Assembly (NCBI GenBank): GCA_016764995.1
Contig: JAESQU010000088.1
Span: 1 to 50,306 of the forward strand
Reading direction: 5' to 3'
DNA from: SAR324 cluster bacterium
GTDB taxonomy: Bacteria > SAR324 > NAC60-12
Length of the DNA: 50,306 bases
Positions 20,274 through 29,886 of the stretch are shown piece by piece. The first letter of the stretch is position 1. The number at the start of each line of letters is the position of its first letter. Below the pieces are notes generated by a model, which saw only the letters and a program-made list of their open reading frames with translations, searched no databases and was not told where the DNA came from. A program made the position numbers and the translations under genes.

Positions 20274-21085
20274 TCAATCCTTATATTCCGGAGAACGGTT
20301 TTGCAGCATAGCCATTACCGACTCTTCCAGATCTGCGGACAGTAGCATCGCTGAATTCCAGGTGGCCACATAATTCAGTCCATCGGCAACCGAATTATCA
20401 CGCGCATGCAGCAACATTTCCTTTACACCGCGTATGGCTAAAGTGGTTTGGCGGCAATTTGCTTTGCAATCTTCCTGACTGCTGAAATCATAGTTTTTTT
20501 GTCATCATAACAGCGGTTAACCAAACCTAATTCACGGGCTTCTTCTCCGGAAAATTTACGTCCCGTAAAGGCTAACTCGCGGACAATGCCTTGAGGAATC
20601 AGTTTGGGAAGACGTTGCAAAGTGCCTACATCCGCGGCGAGTCCAAGATCAATTTCTTTAATTTGGAAAACCGCCTTACGGGTGGAGTAGCGCATATCGC
20701 AAGCACTGATCAAATCAACTCCGCCGCCGATACAACCTCCATGAATTGCGGCAAGTACCGGTTTTCGACATTGTTCTATTTGGGTGAAAGCTGCCTGCAG
20801 TTTTAAAATCTTCCGGCGTAAATGTTCACGTTTCCGTCCCTCACAGTCGAAATTTTCAACTTCCTGACCAACGGACTGCAAAAATTTCAGGTCTATTCCA
20901 GCAGTAAAATGACTGCCTGCACCACTCAAAACACAAACCCGAACAGCTTCGTTTTCGTCTAATTCACGGAAACAATCTCCGAGAGCAAACCATAATTCTT
21001 CATCAATTGCATTTGCTTTTTCCGGACGGTTCAGTTCAATTTCCGCAACAGAAGATTTTATGCTGATTTTCAGTGAATCCGTCAT
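20274..21085 (-). pseudogene. Enoyl-CoA hydratase/isomerase (dienoyl-CoA isomerase-like crotonase), reading frame broken near 20438-20443
   Basis: The 215-aa ORF (GAGSHFTAGIDL, AAIHGGCIGGGVDL) stops after ...IAAKPL. The expected C-terminus AIRGVKEMLLHARDNSVADGLNYVATWNSAMLLSADLEESVMAMLQNRSPEYKD continues in another frame down to the stop at 20274-20276. Confidence 0.75.
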
Positions 21086-21086
21086 T

Positions 21087-22055
21087 TTAAATCATTGAAT
21101 ATGATGTTAGTGGTTGAAGTGGGCTTGCATCCATTTCCAGATTTACAAGACATTCTCCGGCCTGTTTCAGTTCCTGTTTTGCTTCAGTTTGAATCATTTC
21201 GTCAATTTTATATTTTTCAAATAGAAAACTGAGTTCTTTTATCATTGGTTCAACATCAAAACCATTTTCCAATTTTTCCGACATTTCCCTGCGCTCACTT
21301 TCCGGCATACATTCGTGGATTAAAAAACAAAGTGGAGACCACAATTCCTCGTCGTTCAATTTTTGCGAAAAACGCTTTTCGTCATTAAGGAATTCCAAAT
21401 CTGTTTTCAGTTTAACCGCCATTCCCAGATGCTCGCCAAAGTCAAATAAGGTAGAAACAGTAGTTTGAGAAGCATCACCCCAGTAAGCCGCGCTTTGGGC
21501 TCCCGCGCCAAACAAGCCTGCAAATTTGTCCCGCGTTACTCTGCGCCAATGTTTTGGAGTTGCGGTAAATATTGGTGCAGAAATTTCAAGTACCTGCCCG
21601 CGAGAAATATTCTGTGTTGCCAGAGAAACACATTCGAGAACATCCAAATTTCCGACGCGAGTCAATATTTGAAAAGAGATGGAAAGAAGATAATCTCCCA
21701 ACAAAACACTGGCTTCTGAGCCCCATAGTTTTTGAACATGCCGCTGGTGACGTCTAGCATTTTCAGGTTCTTTGATGTGTCGATGCAAGGCTGACGCAGT
21801 ATGCAAAAATTCTAAGGTGCTACCAATATCAACGATAGCTTGGTCAGGTTTTTTGAAGAGACTGGCACTTTGCAGCAAAAGCAGTGATCGAGTTGAATTG
21901 TTATGCGGCGTTATCATGTGGTGTGCAATATCTGCCATAAAAGGAAGAGACACACCTAAATTTTTTTCCACAGCATTTTGCACACGTTGCAAATTATTTT
22001 CACTGTCCAAAATAAATTTTTCGCAAGTTGCTGGTTCCACTACTAACCGCTTCAT
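21087..22055 (-). CDS. Polyprenyl diphosphate synthase (IspB)-like protein lacking both Asp-rich motifs
   Basis: LEFLHTASALHRHIKE...ASVLLGDYLLSISFQIL aligns with the IspB block IEFIHTATLLHDDVVDE...ASVLVGDF. DDxxD is replaced by RHIKE (21768-21788). The second motif reads VKLKTDLEF (21390-21416). Confidence 0.7.
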   Translation of the reverse strand: MKRLVVEPATCEKFILDSENNLQRVQNAVEKNLGVSLPFMADIAHHMITPHNNSTRSLLLLQSASLFKKPDQAIVDIGSTLEFLHTASALHRHIKEPENARRHQRHVQKLWGSEASVLLGDYLLSISFQILTRVGNLDVLECVSLATQNISRGQVLEISAPIFTATPKHWRRVTRDKFAGLFGAGAQSAAYWGDASQTTVSTLFDFGEHLGMAVKLKTDLEFLNDEKRFSQKLNDEELWSPLCFLIHECMPESERREMSEKLENGFDVEPMIKELSFLFEKYKIDEMIQTEAKQELKQAGECLVNLEMDASPLQPLTSYSMI

Positions 22056-22104
22056 GTTTTCTGTCTGAACGTTTTTAACTAATTTAAAGACTAACTATTT
22101 TTGA

Positions 22105-22935
22105 TTACTCTGAAAGATTTAATCTTAAAAGCTCCGCAATCAATGACATCAATGCCAAAACAAATCCAACGATGGGCCAAATTGCGGTCCAGCGGGAACG
22201 CAGTGCTTGACGTTGCCGAAGCAGTAAAAGCATTGCAAAAACTGACCATGCACTGATGGATGCCACAAATCGTAAGTTTGCTAAAAATGATTGATCCTCC
22301 TTATTTATTAATATTCCGAGCATTATACCAATACTCAACGCCAAAAAACCCCAAAGGGCGCCTTGCCAACTGAGGCGGTCCAATGTGCCCAATGCAGGAA
22401 AGTGACTCAAAGTTGAGCTAAGCTGTTTTGCTTTTAGATGGCGCTCCTGAAACAGAAAAATAATACTGGCTACACAGGCGACTCCCAACAAAACGTAACC
22501 TGCTAAAAGAATGATTATATGTGATCCAAGTAAGACCTGATATAACCAGGTTTGAGTTGAAACTATTACACCCGCCGAGACTTGCTTCTGGGAAATAATG
22601 AGGGATAAGCCCAGTAAAAGTATTGCAAACAGACGGACGATTGAAGAATTGACCAAACTTGGTAGACGTTCTGGAAATGCCTGTACTCCAACCATGCTCG
22701 CCCAAGCGGTAACGCTCAGAATATCACTCACAAAAGTTAGGGGCCAGACTGATTTTGCCCACAATAGTCCAAGTAAAGTTACAGTATGAATTAACCAGGC
22801 CACGCGCATTCCTGTGACATCCGACCATGTTTGAAATCTGCTGCCGGAAGACTCATCATCAGGTACCGCAAATAGCCCCGAAATCCAACTGATGATGTAA
22901 AGCAACAAGGCCGCCCATGTTCCTACAATCAGCAT
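22105..22935 (-). CDS. Cytochrome c assembly family membrane protein (CcsA/YpjD-like)
   Basis: 276 aa with about 8 TM helices. The C-terminal half has the same layout as E. coli YpjD: a basic loop after a TM helix (FQERHLKAKQL), then three further TM helices. Confidence 0.55.
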   Translation of the reverse strand: MLIVGTWAALLLYIISWISGLFAVPDDESSGSRFQTWSDVTGMRVAWLIHTVTLLGLLWAKSVWPLTFVSDILSVTAWASMVGVQAFPERLPSLVNSSIVRLFAILLLGLSLIISQKQVSAGVIVSTQTWLYQVLLGSHIIILLAGYVLLGVACVASIIFLFQERHLKAKQLSSTLSHFPALGTLDRLSWQGALWGFLALSIGIMLGILINKEDQSFLANLRFVASISAWSVFAMLLLLRQRQALRSRWTAIWPIVGFVLALMSLIAELLRLNLSE

Positions 22936-23147
22936 ATTGTTTTATTCAGAATTGCTGTTTAATTTCACTTGAATGAGAGCTAAGCGAAAGCGAAGAAATT
23001 TGCGTTAAAACCTGCGCTAACTGTTTTTGTTAGTAAATTTGAACAATAAAATCAGTGCAAAAGAATATCTCATTATTGATCAAGTTCCAGACTTATACCG
23101 CTAGAGTTTAGCTCTGTTACCATCACCAGTCAATCAGAATATGAAGA

Positions 23148-24437
23148 TCAAGGGCAGGAGAGATTTCCGAAATATTGTTTTCCGGAAAGAACCGCTAATT
23201 TTTTACTAATTGGCAGCGCAATTAGGACGTCCAGTTTAGAATCATTATCTACATCGTAAATGACTAATTCCGCAGGTGAAGCTTCATTTTTTGCCAAGCC
23301 CGCCGCAAAGGAAACCGGAGTCGCGTAACCCGTGGAGGAAGTGTTGTCGCTTAGTGTTAATGAAAAGTCTCCTGTCAGGAGGGAAAACCCGGATGTACTG
23401 ACAAGAAACTGGTGCCCTACCACAAAATCCATTTTACTGTCATTGTCAAAATCCGCCGCTGCCATTGTTCCAGGACCTTTTCCGGAACTTATTATTATTG
23501 GAGAATCAAAATCTCCGGTTCCTTTTCCATAAATCAGCGAAATAGTATTATCTCCGGAATTACTCACAGCCAAGTCTAGTTTTGAGTCACAGTTCCAGTC
23601 TCCGGAAATCATGTCAATTGGCAAGCTTCCGACAGTGTAAGTAGTGCTTTGAGCACTGAAAGTCCCGCTTCCATTGTTGAGCCATATTTGAACCAAAGTA
23701 CTGTCTCTAGACAAAACCGCAAGATCAGTATCGTTGTCACCATCCCAGTCTCCATCAGCAAGTTGTATTGGTTTCTCGCTGACTGGCAAAGTTTGTGTAA
23801 CGGCAAATACTCCGTTGCTGTTTTGAAGTATGGAGACGCTACTGTTATCACGATTTACAACTGCTAAATCGGTTTGATTGTCACTGTTCCAGTCACCAGA
23901 AACAAGATTGAGCGGCACATCACCGACAGTTACGCTGCCATTATCAGTAAAAGTGGCGCTTCCGTCGTTACGTAATAATTTAATTTTGTCCTGATCCGTA
24001 TGTGTTACCATCAAATCAGTATTATTGTCTCCGGTAAAATCTGCTGAAATCACGTCCTGCCGCCATTCTGCGGTAGTGGGAGTAATGGTGCTGGAAGAAA
24101 AGGGGAAACGACTTGTAGACGACGAGTTAAATTGAAAGAGAGTCAGTGTACCATCTTCAGAAGTGGTTATTCCATTTTGCTTCCTGGGACTAGTCACTAT
24201 AATATCTGTTTTATTGTCTCCATTGAAATCGCCCAGGGTGAGGCCAATTGGATTTTCTCCCGCGTCATATTCCAGTGGTACTTCAAAGACAGTTCCGGAA
24301 ACACTTGAGGGGCCTGCACTAGTGTCTGAATGAGATTCTGTAGAACTGCACGCAGTGAAAAATATTGTTCCAGAACTTCCCAGAAGAAACAGAAAAATCC
24401 ACCAAAATTTAAAAGCTGAAAATGGCCTACTGCTCAT
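23148..24437 (-). CDS. Lipoprotein with seven FG-GAP/VCBS repeats (predicted 7-bladed beta-propeller)
   Basis: Lipobox FFTAC. Seven repeats of the Ca-binding type: GDFNGDNKTD, ADFTGDNNTD, GDWNSDNQTD, GDWDGDNDTD, GDWNCDSKLD, ADFDNDSKMD, YDVDNDSKLD. Confidence 0.8.
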   Translation of the reverse strand: MSSRPFSAFKFWWIFLFLLGSSGTIFFTACSSTESHSDTSAGPSSVSGTVFEVPLEYDAGENPIGLTLGDFNGDNKTDIIVTSPRKQNGITTSEDGTLTLFQFNSSSTSRFPFSSSTITPTTAEWRQDVISADFTGDNNTDLMVTHTDQDKIKLLRNDGSATFTDNGSVTVGDVPLNLVSGDWNSDNQTDLAVVNRDNSSVSILQNSNGVFAVTQTLPVSEKPIQLADGDWDGDNDTDLAVLSRDSTLVQIWLNNGSGTFSAQSTTYTVGSLPIDMISGDWNCDSKLDLAVSNSGDNTISLIYGKGTGDFDSPIIISSGKGPGTMAAADFDNDSKMDFVVGHQFLVSTSGFSLLTGDFSLTLSDNTSSTGYATPVSFAAGLAKNEASPAELVIYDVDNDSKLDVLIALPISKKLAVLSGKQYFGNLSCP

Positions 24438-25422
24438 TGATCAAGCCTTTAAAAAAGAGACCAAACTTGTCGTCATGATAGTCCTGGATCAAACCAAAAT
24501 ATTTATTCCATGGAGGAATCGGCGAGCGTTCCCTGCTTTGATAATAAAGCACTGTGTTGACCATCTTCCAACGCTGTTCAAAAAATTCTTTTAACGGTGA
24601 GGTTTCTTGCAGACCTTCAAAAACAATAACCGGTGACCGCGCGCCATGCGCATATTCTTCAAAATGCAGAATTATATTTTCTCCTGCGCCTGCCAACAAC
24701 TGCTCTTCAAGGTATGCTGTAGCTTGAAAATCAATTTTGATCCAGTCTGCAAGATCCAGCAATTGATGATGGACATTCACATCCATTTTGTTCGTATCAT
24801 CAAGTGCTAAGCGAATTCCCAAATCTTCCGCAAGCGTGCGTATGGTTGTCAGGTAATCTTCGGTAACTTCTTCATTAATTTCAAAATAAAACAACTCATG
24901 ATATTCCGGAAATAACTCCAGCAGAGTTTTTAAAGTACGGGGATAATTCAAATAATTAGTATCAACATTTTGTGAAAATGTCAGCGATGGCATTATTTCA
25001 TGATCACGTTCCATTTGCTGACTCAGTAGGCGAACAGTGAGAAAAGTCGCAATCAGTGAAGCAAAACGCACAAGCACAGAAGGAATAGATAATTCTTGCG
25101 AACGCTCTACTATTTCACCAAAACTGTTTCCATCTCTGTCGATTGCCAATAACTCAAAACCACGCGTAGATTTCTGCAACGGACGTGGAGCAAGTGCGTC
25201 AATGGATTCCGCTTTGACTGAAATCCATTTCAGATAATTCCTGGCACGATCAGTCAGTTCCTCCCATTCACGCTCAGTTACAACTTCCAAAACATTCTCA
25301 ATAACATCTGGAAAACATGGAGTCGGCAAACACCCCGGTGCAGCAACGACGGTCTGTCCAATCAAGTTGGACTCAATCGTCAAACTGGCCAGATATTGCT
25401 GTAATTCTTCGATGTTTTGCAT
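24427..25422 (-). CDS. Hypothetical protein with a divergent EAL-like (c-di-GMP phosphodiesterase fold) domain
   Basis: The order of blocks matches EAL domains: GFELLAI (EAL), SQNVD (N), FEINEE (ExTE), LALDDTNKMD (DDFGTG), WIKIDFQ (KID), VFEGLQE (EGVE), YYQS (QG). Overlaps the FG-GAP gene by 11 nt. Confidence 0.4.
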   Translation of the reverse strand: MQNIEELQQYLASLTIESNLIGQTVVAAPGCLPTPCFPDVIENVLEVVTEREWEELTDRARNYLKWISVKAESIDALAPRPLQKSTRGFELLAIDRDGNSFGEIVERSQELSIPSVLVRFASLIATFLTVRLLSQQMERDHEIMPSLTFSQNVDTNYLNYPRTLKTLLELFPEYHELFYFEINEEVTEDYLTTIRTLAEDLGIRLALDDTNKMDVNVHHQLLDLADWIKIDFQATAYLEEQLLAGAGENIILHFEEYAHGARSPVIVFEGLQETSPLKEFFEQRWKMVNTVLYYQSRERSPIPPWNKYFGLIQDYHDDKFGLFFKGLINEQ

Positions 25423-25522
25423 TAGATTATTTTGTCAGTTGAATTTGAGTCTGGAGAATAAACATATATTTTCTGTATAACGACAGCATTTTAGAGGTTT
25501 TTTCAAAGCCAAATAAAATAGT

Positions 25523-26938
25523 CTAACTTCCTGTGCCCAGAGCTAAATTGGCAAATTTTGTATACTGCCCAATAAACGCGAGGCGTTTCATACCAATTTC
25601 GCCATTTCGATGTTTTGCAATACTAATTTCAGCAATTCCCTTGTCCTCAGTATCTGGATTGTAAACCTCATCACGATAAATGAATAAAATCAAGTCTGCA
25701 TCCTGTTCCAGGGCACCTGATTCGCGCAAATCTGCCATCATGGGACGTTTTTCTGTACGCCTCTCTAAGCCTCGGTTCAGCTGAGATAAAACAACCATAG
25801 GCAAGGAAAATTCTTTGGCAATGCCTTTTAGTGATCGTGAAATTTCGGATATTTCTTGTTCCCTTGAAGGATTACGCAAGTTACTTTGCATCAGCTGGAC
25901 ATAATCAACAACAACAAGTCCCAGGTCAGGAAATTCTTTTTTTGCCTGACGAATCACCTGTCTGATATAATTTGGATTTATTCCGGAACGGTCATCAACT
26001 AATAACGGTGCTTCCATCATACGGGTTGTGCCCTCCATCAGTTTATCCCAGTCCTCTTGTTCAAGATCGCCAACCATCAATTTTCTGTTAGTAACTTTTG
26101 CTTCACTGCAAATCAAGCGCATAGCAATGTGTTCTTTGGGCATTTCCAAACTAAAAAACAACGAAGGAATTTGAGCATGTCCGGCAGCGTAAAGTGCTAT
26201 ATTAATAGCAAGTGCTGTTTTTCCCATTGAAGGTCGAGCCGCAAGAATAATTAAATCCCCCTTTTGTAAACCTAGTGTCAAGTCATCCAGTTCCGTAAAG
26301 CCAGTTGGAACTCCCGTTACATTTTCAGGTGATTCAGAAATTTTCTCCAACTTTTCAAAGTTGGTAGCAAGAATTTCTTTAAGAAGGGTATAACTTTTAA
26401 GGCGAGTACGCTCATCGATAGACTGAAGTCTCTCTGTGGCATCCGCGATGAAATCCGAAATATTTTCTGCAGAACCCTCTTGGCCACGTTTTGCGACTTC
26501 ATGAGCCGTCAGGATAATGTCCCGTAATTGTCCTTTTTCTCGTACAATCCTTGCGTAAAACTCCGCATTTTCTGCAACGGGTGTTTTCTGAGACAGCTCA
26601 TTTAAATAATCAACTCCACCTGTTTGTTCGAGTTGCTGTTTTGATTCCAAACGACTTAGGAGGGTCAACTCATCAATTGGAACCGGCGGTTCCTGCGCAG
26701 CCATTTCCTGCATGGCAGCAAAAATGTGTTGATGGGCAGGAGAAAAAAAATCGTCTGAGTTGAGGATATCGAGGATTTGTAGAAGAACTGAGTTTTGAAT
26801 GATAATTGCGCCCAGTACGGCCTGTTCGGCCAACTTGTCATGAGGCAGTAATTCACCAAGATCCGCAGTTTGCGTACGTGTTTTTGAAGCGCGTCCGGCA
26901 GCAATGTATTTTTCTATTTTTTTTTCGGAAGACAGCAT
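25523..26938 (-). CDS. dnaB: Replicative DNA helicase DnaB
   Basis: Contains AEQAVLGAII, Walker A ARPSMGKTA and DYVQLM. The ATG at 26938 has GGAG 5 nt upstream. The ORF-track start at 27007 is a TTG. Confidence 0.9.
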   Translation of the reverse strand: MLSSEKKIEKYIAAGRASKTRTQTADLGELLPHDKLAEQAVLGAIIIQNSVLLQILDILNSDDFFSPAHQHIFAAMQEMAAQEPPVPIDELTLLSRLESKQQLEQTGGVDYLNELSQKTPVAENAEFYARIVREKGQLRDIILTAHEVAKRGQEGSAENISDFIADATERLQSIDERTRLKSYTLLKEILATNFEKLEKISESPENVTGVPTGFTELDDLTLGLQKGDLIILAARPSMGKTALAINIALYAAGHAQIPSLFFSLEMPKEHIAMRLICSEAKVTNRKLMVGDLEQEDWDKLMEGTTRMMEAPLLVDDRSGINPNYIRQVIRQAKKEFPDLGLVVVDYVQLMQSNLRNPSREQEISEISRSLKGIAKEFSLPMVVLSQLNRGLERRTEKRPMMADLRESGALEQDADLILFIYRDEVYNPDTEDKGIAEISIAKHRNGEIGMKRLAFIGQYTKFANLALGTGS

Positions 26939-27024
26939 TGACACTCCGGGTGTGGAGAAGGAAATCAAGGATTTGGAGACAGGAAGCAGGGCAGAGTAAT
27001 CATCCAAAGACAGAAATAAGGCAA

Positions 27025-27050
27025 AAGGCTGGAATGTTTTCCGGAGCCTT
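27025..27050 (-). terminator. Candidate intrinsic terminator/attenuator between rplI and dnaB
   Basis: On the minus strand: AAGGCU-CC-GGAA-AACA-UUCC-AGCCUU (6+4 bp stem, 2-nt bulge, tetraloop), followed by UUGCCUUAUUUCUG. Confidence 0.35.
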
Positions 27051-27076
27051 CAGCCTTACAGACTGTATTTTTAACC

Positions 27077-27643
27077 CTACTCGATTTCTTCGAGATTTTT
27101 GTTTTCTTCCAGTTCCTCGAGTTTTTCGAGTTCTTCAGCATCTATTTCTACTGCATCAGCATTTTCTGTTTTTGTTTTTACATCAGCTGATTTTTCAACA
27201 GTATCTCCTACCACTTTTAACTGCAATGTTACAGAAACCTCCGTATGAACACGTACGGTAAATTCATGTGTGCCAACACTCCGAATAGGAGTATTCAAGA
27301 TGATAGCGCGACGTTCCAGATCAAAATTATTTTCTTTCAGCAATTGAAGCAAATCACGATTTGTGACCGAACCAAACAATCTTCCTTCCTCACCTGCTTT
27401 ACGGACGACTTCAAGATTAAGAGCATTGAGTTTTTCTGCCTGTTCATTGGCAAGCGCTATTTTTCCTGCACGCAGCTTTTCAAGATATTGCAGACGGTGT
27501 CGCAATTCTTTCGAGGCTTTTCCTGTGGCCAAAAGCGCCATTCCCTGTGGAAGCAGGTAATTTCGTCCATAGCCGGATTTCACCTCAATCGCGTCACCTA
27601 AAGCCCCTAAATTAGGGACGTCTTCAGTTAGTATCAACTTCAC
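27077..27643 (-). CDS. rplI: 50S ribosomal protein L9 with an acidic C-terminal extension
   Basis: MKLILTEDVPNLGALGDAIEVKSGYGRNYLLPQGMAL is the canonical L9 N-terminus. The tail is ...DAEELEKLEELEENKNLEEIE. Confidence 0.9.
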   Translation of the reverse strand: MKLILTEDVPNLGALGDAIEVKSGYGRNYLLPQGMALLATGKASKELRHRLQYLEKLRAGKIALANEQAEKLNALNLEVVRKAGEEGRLFGSVTNRDLLQLLKENNFDLERRAIILNTPIRSVGTHEFTVRVHTEVSVTLQLKVVGDTVEKSADVKTKTENADAVEIDAEELEKLEELEENKNLEEIE

Positions 27644-27687
27644 TTTTTTCCTTATGTTGTAAGTATCTGTTTTGTGTCGGGTTTAAA

Positions 27688-28038
27688 TTAAAGAACAGTA
27701 GTTCTAGCCAGTTTAGTATTTGGGCGTCCAGAAAATCTTCGATCGACAATAACTTGTTGCGGCACATAACCCTTCATTGGAGAGAGCAGAGCCAGATTAC
27801 GAGCACGTCTAATAGCCGTTTTCAACTTCCTTTGATTAGAAGCACAGACACCGGAAATACGGCTTGGAATAATCTTTCCGCCTTGAGTCACATAGTTTTT
27901 GAGCAACTCTACATCCTTATAATCAATACGATCAATGCCCGCTTCTTTGAATGGGCAGATTTTACGCTTGTTACGCAGTAATATACTTGTGGGTATACGT
28001 TTACGACGTAAATGAGATCTTTTTCGTTTTTTTAACAT
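27688..28038 (-). CDS. rpsR: 30S ribosomal protein S18 with basic N- and C-terminal extensions
   Basis: Contains [58 protein letters not shown]. Confidence 0.9.
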   Translation of the reverse strand: MLKKRKRSHLRRKRIPTSILLRNKRKICPFKEAGIDRIDYKDVELLKNYVTQGGKIIPSRISGVCASNQRKLKTAIRRARNLALLSPMKGYVPQQVIVDRRFSGRPNTKLARTTVL

Positions 28039-28097
28039 AATTAATTTTTCCTAAGAGTTTAGTGTACTTCCGCATTTTTTAAGAAAGTTTCCGGACA

Positions 28098-28640
28098 TCA
28101 AGCATCTACCGCTACAGTCTTAACTTCCTCAGCATCATCCGCAAGTTCTTCTTTTTTAACTTCAGCTTCAGTTTCAGCTATTTTTTCTACTACAGCCTCA
28201 GTGTTTTCTGACTCAGTTTCAGCAACAGTCTCAGTCTTGGCCTTTTCTGCAGTTTCTTTTTCAGTTTTTGCAGAAACTTCCTGAACTTCCTCTTTTGCCA
28301 CAGTTTCCTCTTTAGGAGGTATTAAGTTATGTAAAAATGCTGCTTCCGCATCAAGGTCATCGGTTTTAACAATTTGATTACGTAAAATATCATCTGAATA
28401 GCCAAATTGCCGCTGTAACTCGTCAACAGTTTTTCCGCTACCTGTAAAGTACCAGGCGTGATATACACCAAAATCATTACCTTCAATTTCGTAGGCCAAT
28501 CGACGGCGCCCCCATACATATTCATGAATGAGCTTTCCGGCTGAATCGGTAAGACTCTTTTTAATTTTCTTCAACACAGCCGCAAGGTCCTCATCATTAA
28601 GGCCCGGTGCTGTGATGAACACTAATTCATATCCTGTCAT
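28098..28640 (-). CDS. rpsF: 30S ribosomal protein S6 with an acidic C-terminal extension of about 80 aa
   Basis: YELVFI...WGRRRLAYEI...GVYHAWYF is the S6 core, followed by an E/T/A/K-rich tail. Confidence 0.88.
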   Translation of the reverse strand: MTGYELVFITAPGLNDEDLAAVLKKIKKSLTDSAGKLIHEYVWGRRRLAYEIEGNDFGVYHAWYFTGSGKTVDELQRQFGYSDDILRNQIVKTDDLDAEAAFLHNLIPPKEETVAKEEVQEVSAKTEKETAEKAKTETVAETESENTEAVVEKIAETEAEVKKEELADDAEEVKTVAVDA

Positions 28641-28698
28641 TTATCTTCCTTTCGGATTATTGAAATGTCAATAAGTCCACCTAAGTGAACAAGGAGAC

Positions 28699-28720
28699 TG
28701 CAAAGGTACATTCCTTTGCA
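28699..28720 (-). promoter_or_regulatory. 8-bp hairpin in the rpsF 5' leader
   Basis: tgcaaagg / cctttgca with a 6-nt loop. It lies about 60-80 nt upstream of the rpsF ATG and 28 nt past the ychF stop. No U-tract follows, so it does not look like a terminator. Confidence 0.25.
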
Positions 28721-28747
28721 TCATAGCATCTTGTACAAATACAAATG

Positions 28748-29839
28748 CTAAACATTAAAACGGAAGTGCATAATGTCACCATCCTGCACTACGTAATCCC
28801 TGCCTTCAAGGCGCCATCGTCCGGCTTCCTTGACAGATGATTCTGAACCAAAACGGTCAATATCATCATAATGAAAGACTTCGGCACGGATGAAGCCTTC
28901 CTCAAAATCAGTATGTATTTTTCCTGCGGCTTCCGGAGCAGTGGAACCTTTGCGGATTTCCCAGGCACGCACTTCCTGTTTTCCCGCAGTAAAATAAGTA
29001 ATCTGTTCCAGCATCCTGTATCCGGAATACGTAAGCCGATCCAGTCCGGAACTATCTATACCAAGTTCCTCCATGAACAAATTGGATTCGTCATCTTCCA
29101 TTTCCGCAAGTTCAGCTTCAATCTGCGCGCAAATAGGAATGACTTCCACACCTTCTTCAGCAGCTAATTCATTCAACTGTTGCTGATACGTCTCCGGATT
29201 CTTGAGTCCTGCTTCAGAAATATTTGCAATATAGAGATATGGTTTCATTGTCAGTAAATTTAATTCACTGACCAGCGCCTTATCATCTTTGCTCAATTCC
29301 ATCCTGAGTGCTAACTTGCCTTCTCCCAGGAAATCTCGGAGTCGTTCAAATACAGCCATTTGTGATGCTAAAGCACGGTCACTTTTCAATTGTCGTGAAA
29401 GCCGTTCTATCTTACGTTCCGTCTGCTCCAAATCAGACAAAATCAATTCTGTCTGAATAACCTCAACATCTCCAACTGGATCAATTTTGCCGTCAACATG
29501 CACTACGTTTGGGTCATCAAAACAGCGCACCACATGCGCGACTGCATGTACCTGCCGAATATGGCTCAAAAACTTATTTCCCAAGCCTTCGCCCTGACTG
29601 GCGCCTTTGACAAGTCCCGCGATATCAACTACCTGCAAAGTAGCCGGCACAATTTTGTCGGGACTAACCAATTCAGTCAAACGGCTCATCCGCGGATCAC
29701 GCAACTGAACTATGCCAATATTCGGATCAATAGTACAAAACGGATAGTTTGCGGCATCTGCCTGTACTTTGGTCAAAGCACTGAAAAGAGTGGACTTTCC
29801 AATATTTGGTAAACCGACAATTCCTACTTCTAACGCCAT
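28748..29839 (-). CDS. ychF: Ribosome-binding ATPase YchF
   Basis: [14 protein letters not shown] and [10 protein letters not shown], with a C-terminal TGS-like ...[10 protein letters not shown]. Confidence 0.92.
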   Translation of the reverse strand: MALEVGIVGLPNIGKSTLFSALTKVQADAANYPFCTIDPNIGIVQLRDPRMSRLTELVSPDKIVPATLQVVDIAGLVKGASQGEGLGNKFLSHIRQVHAVAHVVRCFDDPNVVHVDGKIDPVGDVEVIQTELILSDLEQTERKIERLSRQLKSDRALASQMAVFERLRDFLGEGKLALRMELSKDDKALVSELNLLTMKPYLYIANISEAGLKNPETYQQQLNELAAEEGVEVIPICAQIEAELAEMEDDESNLFMEELGIDSSGLDRLTYSGYRMLEQITYFTAGKQEVRAWEIRKGSTAPEAAGKIHTDFEEGFIRAEVFHYDDIDRFGSESSVKEAGRWRLEGRDYVVQDGDIMHFRFNV

Positions 29840-29886
29840 TCTCTTCCGGAAACTTTACTGGTTTAGATTAGTTTTATTCTAAGTTT

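Noticed and set aside
26939-27007. Longer N-terminal extensions offered by the ORF track for dnaB (TTG 27007), moaA (13077), pth (30558) and the SH3 protein (3022)
   Set aside because: Internal ATGs with good SD sequences (26938, 13032, 30456) give canonical N-termini. The extensions overlap neighbouring genes or lack SD support.
26806-27261. 151-aa plus-strand ORF spanning the dnaB start and the rplI end
   Set aside because: It is antisense to two well-supported genes and crosses their intergenic terminator. No motifs.
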